From assembly GCA_038534095.1 (NCBI GenBank), contig JBCAXK010000037.1, positions 1-15,746 on the forward strand: a stretch of 15,746 bases of DNA, read 5' to 3'. The notes beneath the pieces were generated by a model. The model was not told the DNA's origin. It was given only the letters and a program-made list of their open reading frames with translations, and made no database searches. Shown in pieces: positions 7,967 to 15,211 of this stretch; the stretch's first letter is position 1, and each line of letters begins with the position of its first letter. This stretch comes from Chlamydiota bacterium. Its GTDB lineage: Bacteria; Chlamydiota; Chlamydiia; Chlamydiales; SM23-39. A program made the position numbers and the translations under genes.

Positions 7967-8680
7967 GTGCCTGCATCGTATACAAGAGCTTTATGCAAAA
8001 TTTCGGGGGAGGCTCTTTGCTCTCCCCATCAGCAAGGTTATGATCAAAAAAGTCTTGCTGCTCTCACCTCTGCCCTTGCGGCTGCAAAAAACAGCGGCAA
8101 AGAGCTGGGACTTGTCATCGGAGCTGGCAATCTTTTCCGAGCAAAAGACGCTGGTCTTGACTATTCGAGAACAACTCTAGATGAAGTGGGCATGTTAGCC
8201 ACCATCATGAATGGGAAGCTTCTTAGCGCAGCTCTTCAAAAAGAAGGGATCAAAACTGCGCTCTTCAACGCATTTCCTTGTGGAGGATTGGCTGACGTAT
8301 TTTCTGAGCAGCAGGTAGAAAAGGCCTTTGAGGAGGGAGCTCTTGTCCTATTTACAGGTGGCACTGGTCATCCATTTTTCACAACAGATACAGCAGCGGC
8401 TCTTAGAGCGTTGCAAATTGGGGCAGATGTTCTCGTTAAGCTAACCACCGTAGAAGGTATTTACACAAACGATCCGAAACAGGATCCGAAGGCTACTAGA
8501 AAAAAAACCATCAGTTATCGGAAGATCATTGAAGACCGGTTAGGCGTTATGGACCTGGAAGCGGTGATCCTCTGTGAAAAGCATCGTCTTCCCATCATTG
8601 TCACCCATTTTGCAGACCAAACACATTTGACCACAGCTCTCTCATCGGGAGAAGTGGGAACCCTCGTTACAGAAGAGTAG
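7967..8680 (+). CDS. pyrH: Uridylate kinase
   Basis: KISGEAL, VIGAGNLFR, GMLATIMN, GTGHPFFTTDTAAALRA, LGVMD motifs. Canonical position after tsf. Probable GTG start at 7967 (frame open from 7940). Confidence 0.95.
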   Translation: MPASYTRALCKISGEALCSPHQQGYDQKSLAALTSALAAAKNSGKELGLVIGAGNLFRAKDAGLDYSRTTLDEVGMLATIMNGKLLSAALQKEGIKTALFNAFPCGGLADVFSEQQVEKAFEEGALVLFTGGTGHPFFTTDTAAALRALQIGADVLVKLTTVEGIYTNDPKQDPKATRKKTISYRKIIEDRLGVMDLEAVILCEKHRLPIIVTHFADQTHLTTALSSGEVGTLVTEE

Positions 8681-8684
8681 GATT

Positions 8685-9236
8685 ATGAGCATAGAAAAAG
8701 AAACAAAACATGCGATGGAAAATGCCCTTAGGCATTTGAAAGAAGAACTGAAAAATTTACGCACAGCAAGAGCCAATCCTGGAATGGTGGACAGTGTCCC
8801 TGTTTCTGTTTACGGCGCGACGATGCGCCTCAAAGATATTGCGAATATCACCACTCCTGAAGCGCGTCAGCTTCTCATCACCCCTTTTGACCAAAGCAAT
8901 GTTACCGCGATTAGTAAAGGGATTGAGCAAGCCAATTTAGGTCTTTTACCCGCTGTAGATGGCAATGCGATACGCATTCAAGTTCCTCCCATGGATACAT
9001 CTACCAGAAAAGAGATTGTCAAACAGTGCAAAAGAAAAGGGGAAGAGGGCAAAATCGCCGTCAGAGAAATTCGAAGAAAGCAAAATGAGCTTGTTCGTAA
9101 GAAAAAAAGCGAAGGAGAGCTCACAGAAGATGTGCAAAAAAAATCGGAAAAAAAGATTCAGGAGTTGACGGATCAGTTTTGTTCTGATATCGATCAAGCT
9201 TGCGCTGCTAAGGAAAAAGAAATCTTAGAGATTTGA
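8685..9236 (+). CDS. frr: Ribosome recycling factor
   Basis: LRTARANP, VYG, I..ANLGL.P..DGNAIRI.VPP, KIAVREIRR, KEKEILEI. Follows pyrH. Confidence 0.97.
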   Translation: MSIEKETKHAMENALRHLKEELKNLRTARANPGMVDSVPVSVYGATMRLKDIANITTPEARQLLITPFDQSNVTAISKGIEQANLGLLPAVDGNAIRIQVPPMDTSTRKEIVKQCKRKGEEGKIAVREIRRKQNELVRKKKSEGELTEDVQKKSEKKIQELTDQFCSDIDQACAAKEKEILEI

Positions 9237-9238
9237 GC

Positions 9239-9267
9239 TTGTCGCAAAATCGCGCAGACCTTAAAAT
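9239..9267 (+). promoter_or_regulatory. Putative sigma70/sigma66 promoter for tRNA-Glu/tRNA-Lys
   Basis: TTGTCG (9239-9244), 17-nt spacer, TAAAAT (9262-9267), ending 19 nt before tRNA-Glu. Confidence 0.5.
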
Positions 9268-9286
9268 ATAACGAGATAGAATGAAT

Positions 9287-9361
9287 GGCCCCATCGTCTA
9301 GTCTGGCCTAGGACACCGGGTTTTCATCCCGACAACAGGGGTTCGAATCCCCTTGGGGTCA
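9287..9361 (+). tRNA. tRNA-Glu (anticodon TTC)
   Basis: Acceptor GGCCCCA/TGGGGTC, anticodon loop TT-TTC-AT, T-arm AGGGG-TTCGAAT-CCCCT. CCA not encoded. Confidence 0.96.
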
Positions 9362-9367
9362 CATATT

Positions 9368-9440
9368 GAGACTTTAGCTCAGTTGGTAGAGCATCTCCCT
9401 TTTAAGGAGAGGGTCGTTGGTTCGAGCCCAACAAGTCTCA
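9368..9440 (+). tRNA. tRNA-Lys (anticodon TTT)
   Basis: Acceptor GAGACTT/AAGTCTC, D-arm GCTC-AGTTGGTA-GAGC, anticodon arm TCTCC-CTTTTAA-GGAGA, T-arm GTTGG-TTCGAGC-CCAAC. Confidence 0.97.
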
Positions 9441-9963
9441 ATTTTTTTCTTCATTCTTCTATCTACACTTTTACCGTCCCCATTGCCTCTTTTTCAACCT
9501 AGCATATTCGCTTTCCCTCAAATTCCTATTTCATTATTAATCCGTATAACGGGGCGTTCTCTTCAAAAAAACTGATCTCCTTTTCTCTATAAAGTCTCCT
9601 ATTTCAAGACTTCTGCGTTCCCCGTTCTATTTTGCGCAGCACTTTCTAGCTGTTTTGAATAGGAGAGGCACGATTATCCGGTAAAAATAGATCAGGAGAG
9701 GCAAAAGACCGTTCTAGGTAAGCTACTGCGTTTCTGGTCGGAGGAAAAGAGCCTGAATGTTCTAAGGAGCGTTTGCAATCTGACCGACTTTGGGCTCTTT
9801 CCCAAAAAGAGGGGCAATACCATGGAGAGGTTTGTGAAAAAGGGAACAAGTAGCCGGAATGAGAGGAGTTGGTTCAGCAAATATATGGTCCGATATTTTC
9901 GGAATGGTACGCTGTTGCTTCCCTCGCAAAAGAGAATACATTTCCCCGTTTACGCCGTATTTC

Positions 9964-10743
9964 TCATGATTTTGGTTTGCGAAAAGTGATGACGTACATC
10001 GAATGATCCCATTTATAGCGCAGCTGCAGATCCTCCATCGTAGAAGGGATCGCCTTTGTTGGGGGAGAGATGTTCTCGACGTTTGTAAAGTAGCGTTTGA
10101 TGAGCGGCAATCGGGCGTACCAAGATTCAACATGTTCTTGCGTTTCATCACAAATAAGGATCATCGCGCCCGGTTTTGCGACCCGAATCATTTCATGAAT
10201 GGCTTTTGGAATGTCATTGAAAAAGTTGATGCCTCCAACGTGAAAAACTACATCAAAACTTCCCTCTTTGAAAGGGAGCTCTTCTGCATTTGCCTGAAGC
10301 AGTTGTAGGCGATAGGGCTTGATCAAAAAATACTTTTTACAAGCCCTTAGCATGCCCATGGAAATATCGACCCCCACGTAACTTGCCTCTTTGGTTAAAG
10401 CGGGGATATTGGCTCCAGCGCCAATAGAAGTTTCTAAGACGGTTTGGCCTGGGAGCACCTCTAAATCAGCAAGCAATTCTTTCCGTTTTCCGACCATATC
10501 CCAGCGAAGTAGACGGGATAAATACCAAAAAACCGATCCAGTAAATACTCCAACTTTATCATAAAATTTTTGGTATTTTGCGTTATTCCCTGTAAGGTCT
10601 CCTCCCTTTAGAAAGCTGGGAATGCCTCCGATGATAGGAAATGTTTTTTGACCATCGTCCCTAACAAGGGTTTGACCCTGTAGCTGGATCCCCTGATCTG
10701 ATTTAGGGTCTTTGAGTCGTTGTAAAAGGGTTTGTTCGATCAT
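9964..10743 (-). CDS. Class I SAM-dependent methyltransferase with N-terminal Trm112-like segment
   Basis: Motif I-like VLETSIGAGAN, YVGVDIS, ANAEELPFKEGSFDVV, AIHEMIRVAKPGA. N-terminus LKDP...TFPIIGGIPSFL is Trm112/YcaR-like. ATG at 10743 has a GAGG SD (ORF track start is 10755). Confidence 0.88.
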   Translation of the reverse strand: MIEQTLLQRLKDPKSDQGIQLQGQTLVRDDGQKTFPIIGGIPSFLKGGDLTGNNAKYQKFYDKVGVFTGSVFWYLSRLLRWDMVGKRKELLADLEVLPGQTVLETSIGAGANIPALTKEASYVGVDISMGMLRACKKYFLIKPYRLQLLQANAEELPFKEGSFDVVFHVGGINFFNDIPKAIHEMIRVAKPGAMILICDETQEHVESWYARLPLIKRYFTNVENISPPTKAIPSTMEDLQLRYKWDHSMYVITFRKPKS

Positions 10744-10979
10744 GCTATTCCTCAAGGTGAGGTTCTATGATACCCCCTATTTAGAGGGAAGATCAATGAA
10801 AACCGGCAGTTCTCGAGGCCGCTTTTGCGGGGTATTTCGACAAAGTGGCGTAACCATCGTAGTCATTTCTTGAAGGGAAAAGCGCTTTCTGATCGCAAGG
10901 AATCGGAGGACTTATAGATAAGAATTTTTGGGAAAAAAGGGAGAAGAACCCAAAGATGTTACATAATGGACGGGGCAGA

Positions 10980-12641
10980 TTATGTGTTCATCAGGTACGT
11001 TGTTTGTCCGAGCTGCATTCCCTCTGATGAGTACCTTTTTTCCACAGAAAGTTTGATGGGCTTTTGCACATCGAGAGGAATTTTTGTAGTGCAGAGGAGG
11101 TGAATTTTTGTAGAAAAATCACCTTTTTCCCCCTGCACGGGTAAAAAATTGAGACCAATTCTTTTGATCTCTTTTTTGTCTTTTCGAATCACCTCGTCCA
11201 AATCTTCATCATAGACGGCGTACTCCCCATTTTGGCAAATGATTGTATTGGCTCTAATTGCAAGAGGCTCCAATTCTTGTAGGCGAAGAATGGGGATGAT
11301 TCCACTTGTCTGGGGTAATTCTGTATATAACCGCGCATTGTTCTTGAAAGAACACGAGGATCTTGAGGCTAAAAACTCTTCAAGAGCGACATAGCGTTTT
11401 GGAGAAAAGCGTTTTTGCGCTCCATAGAGCGTTGTTGCTGCCTCAATTTTTTCCCTGAAACTTAGACGCTTTTTGCCATAATACAAGCGATGCATCTTAG
11501 CGCGGATTTTTTCTGCTTTCCTTCGGAAAAAACGGCTCATGAATCGTGAGGTAGAAGACGAAATATTTGCTGTGGTAGGGGAGATAGTGTGTTTGTTTTT
11601 CCGAAAGCCAGTTCCTCGTTTTTTGTTCTGTTCCATTGAGAGAGCAAAGTGTAAAAAGGCAAACCAGTCTGCTTGCGCTTTAGCCTTGCGCGCATCAAGA
11701 TCTAACTGGTGGAGCTCTTCGATGTTTTGTAGCATCTCTTTGGTCACCAAAATCTTTGTCATACCCCCCTTTTTCCAAGCAATGAGCGATCTTGGTAGAT
11801 CTTTTTTTAGTTGTTCTTGTTTGAAGATCAGCAAGTCTTGTTCTTCATGGTGTAAATAGGACCGAACCATTGCTTTGATCTTTGTTTGCGTGATCTTTTC
11901 GTAAGAAATGGTAGATAAAGTGCGCATACGATCTAATAGGGTTTGTTGTTCTTCGTGGCAAACACTAGAAAAACGTTCTAGAGAGAACTTTTTTTCTTTC
12001 AGCGAGGTGATCAGACTCTTTAAGCTCTTATGATGAGCGCGTAAAGTCTCAAGTTCTGGATCGATATAAGAGGTACTATTGGCGCATTGTTGAGATTTTT
12101 TTTCTATGATTAGGGAGATTTTACCTATTGCAGATGTTGTACGATCGATTTCTAAGGCGAGCTTGTTTTTTAGCGCAGTGAGTAGGAGTTTTGGATCTTG
12201 GTGATTCGACGTACGCGCATCGATAGACGATAAGTAGTTTTGCAGCTGCTCTTCCAAGAATTCTTGGCGCACTTTTGCGACAAAAATGGTGTGGGCAAAA
12301 AGGGAAGTGTATCTGTAATTTTTCTCTGCGTATTCGATATAGTCTTTGAGAGGGCGTTGTAGCTGACTCCACAACCGGTCCTGCGGAAGTGTTGCCTCTT
12401 TGTCTAAAAGGCGCTCAAAGTGTGTACAGACTACTTCTTGAATGAGATCTTGATTCTTTATAACAGAAGATTGAGGGATTGTTTCTTCAAGGATTGTACT
12501 ACCTACAGGAAAACAGCCGTAATTAAAAGGACGAAGCGCGCTTGTTTGGTTCCTTTTTCGATGAGCCTGAGAAAAATTTTTGTAATTCTCTGGAATGCAT
12601 GAGAAGCAACAATAAGAAATGTTTTCATGAATAGTTGTCAT
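10980..12641 (-). CDS. Hypothetical protein (553 aa) with coiled-coil region
   Basis: Long ORF with GAGGGGG SD before ATG and an AT-rich upstream region. Heptad-like L/K/E-rich middle. No recognisable catalytic motif. Confidence 0.85.
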   Translation of the reverse strand: MTTIHENISYCCFSCIPENYKNFSQAHRKRNQTSALRPFNYGCFPVGSTILEETIPQSSVIKNQDLIQEVVCTHFERLLDKEATLPQDRLWSQLQRPLKDYIEYAEKNYRYTSLFAHTIFVAKVRQEFLEEQLQNYLSSIDARTSNHQDPKLLLTALKNKLALEIDRTTSAIGKISLIIEKKSQQCANSTSYIDPELETLRAHHKSLKSLITSLKEKKFSLERFSSVCHEEQQTLLDRMRTLSTISYEKITQTKIKAMVRSYLHHEEQDLLIFKQEQLKKDLPRSLIAWKKGGMTKILVTKEMLQNIEELHQLDLDARKAKAQADWFAFLHFALSMEQNKKRGTGFRKNKHTISPTTANISSSTSRFMSRFFRRKAEKIRAKMHRLYYGKKRLSFREKIEAATTLYGAQKRFSPKRYVALEEFLASRSSCSFKNNARLYTELPQTSGIIPILRLQELEPLAIRANTIICQNGEYAVYDEDLDEVIRKDKKEIKRIGLNFLPVQGEKGDFSTKIHLLCTTKIPLDVQKPIKLSVEKRYSSEGMQLGQTTYLMNT

Positions 12642-12660
12642 TCGTTTCCCCCTCGAAGAT

Positions 12661-12690
12661 ATAATAATAAATTTTTTATTAAAAAATCAA
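12661..12690 (-). promoter_or_regulatory. Putative promoter of the 553-aa gene
   Basis: Minus strand TTGATT-N18-TATTAT just upstream of the SD. The region is very AT-rich, so specificity is low. Confidence 0.3.
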
Positions 12691-12861
12691 TGTTTTTTAA
12701 AATTATGAAATAGGTTTTCTTAAGAAAAACACAAGCATCCCTTGGCAGGCTCTTAATACATCTATAGCAGAGGATTGTGAAATGGTTGTAAGTTTCTGAA
12801 AATAAAAGAAATAGATATTTTTACGCCCGCCTATTTTTAGCGGGCTGATAGAAAAGGCAAC

Positions 12862-12888
12862 AAAAAGGGGCTCTTAAACAAGAGCCCC
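12862..12888 (-). terminator. Rho-independent terminator
   Basis: Perfect 9-bp stem GGGGCTCTT-GTTT-AAGAGCCCC followed by TTTTT on the minus strand. Confidence 0.75.
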
Positions 12889-12947
12889 ACAAGAAGACCA
12901 TGGTAGAATGTGTAAAGTCTTCAAAAAGATTTGATTTACAGAAATTT
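12862..12947 (-). ncRNA. Candidate small RNA (~85 nt), unknown family
   Basis: Bounded by a minus-strand promoter-like sequence (12953-12981) and the intrinsic terminator (12862-12888). Contains an internal hairpin. The nearest same-strand upstream gene ends ~700 nt away. Confidence 0.45.
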
Positions 12948-12952
12948 CTACT

Positions 12953-12981
12953 ATTTTATCAAAAAAAGAAATTAAAATCTA
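12953..12981 (-). promoter_or_regulatory. Putative promoter of the sRNA candidate
   Basis: Minus strand TAGATT-N17-TAAAAT with extended -10 TGa. Confidence 0.4.
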
Positions 12982-13605
12982 CGATTTTTTCATTAAAATG
13001 CGTTTGGTTCTTTTATAAATTATTTATAGTCAATCAATTGCGAAATATAACAAAAATATCAGACTTTTTATTGTGATTGTTTTGCATAGCGTTTTTGATC
13101 AAAAATCACCTTCTAGCCTTGTTTTCGTTCTACGATGTTGTAGAGAGTTGTTTTGGTCATTTTGTCAAAAGTGGGCAACATTGTGCTATTTCGATTTTGC
13201 AAGCTTTTCCGCGCAGTCTTTTCTAGAGCGTGTTGGGAAGATTTTGGCCAGCAAACTATCTCCGTAACCCCTCTACTTGCGCTGAATACTCCTTATGTTC
13301 GAGTAGCGATTGCCCATCTTTTTAGTAAGGAAGGCTCACATACAATCATTTAGGCGCAATAGCCTGGAGGCAATAGTTGAGAAGCGCCTAGAAGGTACCC
13401 TTCTGATAGGAACGAAGCGTTTCGGTTGCAAAAGCCGTATTCACGGGATTAGATCGGGACCACAAAGTGCATTCCCATGCACCGACTTGCTTAAGCAGGT
13501 AAAGGGGACCTATTTTCTCGGGGTTTTTTGAAAAATGCTAGATGGTTTTGTTACAGGTCTATAGAGAAGAGGCTCTCGGAGTCATCGCTGCAAACAGCCC
13601 TTCTG

Positions 13606-14940
13606 TTATGGGCGAGCCACTTCAATAACAGAACCAGTAATATGGGAGTCCTTCAAAAGCGCAATGGTTAATTCGGCAACTTTTTTCGGAGGTAGTAGGG
13701 TTTTTGGATCTTCCCCCGGAAAATTGGTGAACCGCATTTTCGTTGAGCACCGGGGAGGGACTAGAGTATTGATCCTAAGATGGGGCTCTTCATCAGCAAG
13801 GGCTTCGGTAAAATTCACAATGGCTGCTTTGCAAGCAGAATAGATTCCATAACCGCTACGCCCTCTTGAAAAGGAAGAGGAAGCAAAGTTGATGATGTGT
13901 CCACCTTTTTTAATGCGAGCAGACTGGCAAGCGTAAATTACCCCCTTCAAATTGATATTGATGAGTTGTTCGATTTGATCCGTAGCAAGAGATTTTAAAG
14001 GGTTGATGGTTAAATAACCGGCCGTATTGATGAGTCCATCGACTTCACCCACTTCTTCGTAAATCCTTTCGAGGGTCTTTCTGATCTCTAGAGGCCTTTC
14101 TAGATCTAAAGAGTGCGTCGTTGAAGAGCGTGATACCGAGATGGTTTTTGCGCCCTCTTTGTTTAAGAGTCGAGAAATCTCTTGTCCAATTCCCCCAGTA
14201 CCTCCGATCAAGATGTACGTTTTTTTTTGTAGAGAAGTGCAGGGGAGAGGACTGCTCTTTTTTTTCGCTAGAAGGTGGGCGGCGATCTCCACATCAAACG
14301 GTGTCGTGATTTTCATATTACGGGTAGAACCCTTGACAACAGCGACAGGAAGACCCAAACGGAGGATTAAAGAGCAATCATCCGTAGCCTCTTTCTTGCT
14401 CGTAAGAAGCGCTTCTCTGTGCGCTTTCAATAGAAGTTTGTGGGAAAAAGTCTGTGGCGTTTGTCCTAAAAAAAATTGGGATCTTGTAGGAATCTCTCCA
14501 ATTTCTTCTTCTGTCTTTTTCAAAGAAATCGTATCAGAAGAGGGGATGCAGGTATTGACCGCCTGTTTTTTGTAGGCCATCTCGATATTGTTTTGAAGAA
14601 TGCTTGGAGATACGAACGGCCTTACTCCGTCGTGGATCAAGATGAGATCGGTTTGTACCGATTCCGCAGCGATTCTTGAGGATTCTTGACGCGTACTGCC
14701 CCCGATGAAAATGGGGTGATTAGGGGTGGTTTTTTTGACGTAACTGTACCAATCTTTAGGGCAAATCAGCGCGATTTCATCGATAAGCGGACTCCGTTTT
14801 AACGCATCTAGGGTGTGCTCATAAAGCGCTTTTCCATGAATGGTAAGAAATTGTTTGGGAGTAGAAAAACCTGCGCGAAGGCCGCTGCCAGCCATCAGAA
14901 GTACAGCGGTCACTTTTTTCTGCAAATACATAAACAGCAT
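13606..14940 (-). CDS. Bifunctional cytidylyltransferase (IspD/TarI-like) / SDR reductase, Bcs1/Acs1-like (CDP-ribitol synthesis)
   Basis: N-domain: MAGSGLR, PKQF, GGSTRQESS, IHDGVRPF, GQTPQTF, TDD, NMKITTPFD. C-domain: GGTGGIG, INTAG, SSSFSRGR..Y..YSACKAAIVNFTEALA, TKMR..NF. AGGAG SD before ATG 14940. Confidence 0.9.
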   Translation of the reverse strand: MLFMYLQKKVTAVLLMAGSGLRAGFSTPKQFLTIHGKALYEHTLDALKRSPLIDEIALICPKDWYSYVKKTTPNHPIFIGGSTRQESSRIAAESVQTDLILIHDGVRPFVSPSILQNNIEMAYKKQAVNTCIPSSDTISLKKTEEEIGEIPTRSQFFLGQTPQTFSHKLLLKAHREALLTSKKEATDDCSLILRLGLPVAVVKGSTRNMKITTPFDVEIAAHLLAKKKSSPLPCTSLQKKTYILIGGTGGIGQEISRLLNKEGAKTISVSRSSTTHSLDLERPLEIRKTLERIYEEVGEVDGLINTAGYLTINPLKSLATDQIEQLININLKGVIYACQSARIKKGGHIINFASSSFSRGRSGYGIYSACKAAIVNFTEALADEEPHLRINTLVPPRCSTKMRFTNFPGEDPKTLLPPKKVAELTIALLKDSHITGSVIEVARP

Positions 14941-15126
14941 TCCAGTTCTCCTAAAAATATACCACGCTTTTGATAGGCATTCTAGAAGAAAAAGCCAAGC
15001 AGGGTTCCTTACCTCACAGGCCCGTTTTTAGGATCGGGTAAAAAGGAGATTTGGCGAGCCATGTTTTCGAAAAATACTTTGTCTGAAAATGGTTTTGAAA
15101 TTCTAAAAATAGAGAAGTTTGGGGAT

Positions 15127-15204
15127 AAAAAGAGCCCCTTTTCTGCTAAAAACATACCATGGTTTGAGGATGCATTTCAATGCACTCTAGCAGAAAAAGG
15201 GCTC
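15127..15204 (-). repeat. 17-bp inverted repeat with 39-nt spacer followed by a U-tract (terminator-like) downstream of the S10 peptidase
   Basis: GAGCCCCTTTTCTGCTA (15132-15148) / TAGCAGAAAAAGGGCTC (15188-15204). 16/17 Watson-Crick pairs; the remaining pair is G-U on the minus strand. Followed by TTTTT. Confidence 0.65.
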
Positions 15205-15211
15205 AAAGGGC

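Noticed and set aside
9663..9989. 108-codon stop-free + strand frame after tRNA-Lys, with a 10-bp direct repeat AGGAGAGGCA at 9661 and 9694
   Set aside because: No start until ATG 9822 (55 aa), overlaps the methyltransferase 3' end, and shows no recognisable similarity. The repeat is short and occurs only twice.
10756..10979. Possible SAM riboswitch upstream of the methyltransferase
   Set aside because: Only small hairpins (e.g. CCGC-TTTT-GCGG). No SAM-I/II core motifs in the right order.
12044..12052. AAGTCTCAA matching the tRNA-Lys 3' end (possible attR)
   Set aside because: Only 9 nt and inside a CDS; expected by chance.
12943..13145. Cas12a-repeat-like strings AATTTCTACTATT (12943-12955) and TCTAC-GATGTT-GTAGA (13129-13144)
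   Set aside because: Not identical, not regularly spaced, the first lacks the closing GTAGAT, and there are no cas genes. Not a CRISPR array.
14121..15031. Antisense ORFs over the Bcs1-like gene (and similar ones over PBP2, rpsB, tsf, frr and the 553-aa gene)
   Set aside because: Shadow frames of well-supported genes, without independent signals.
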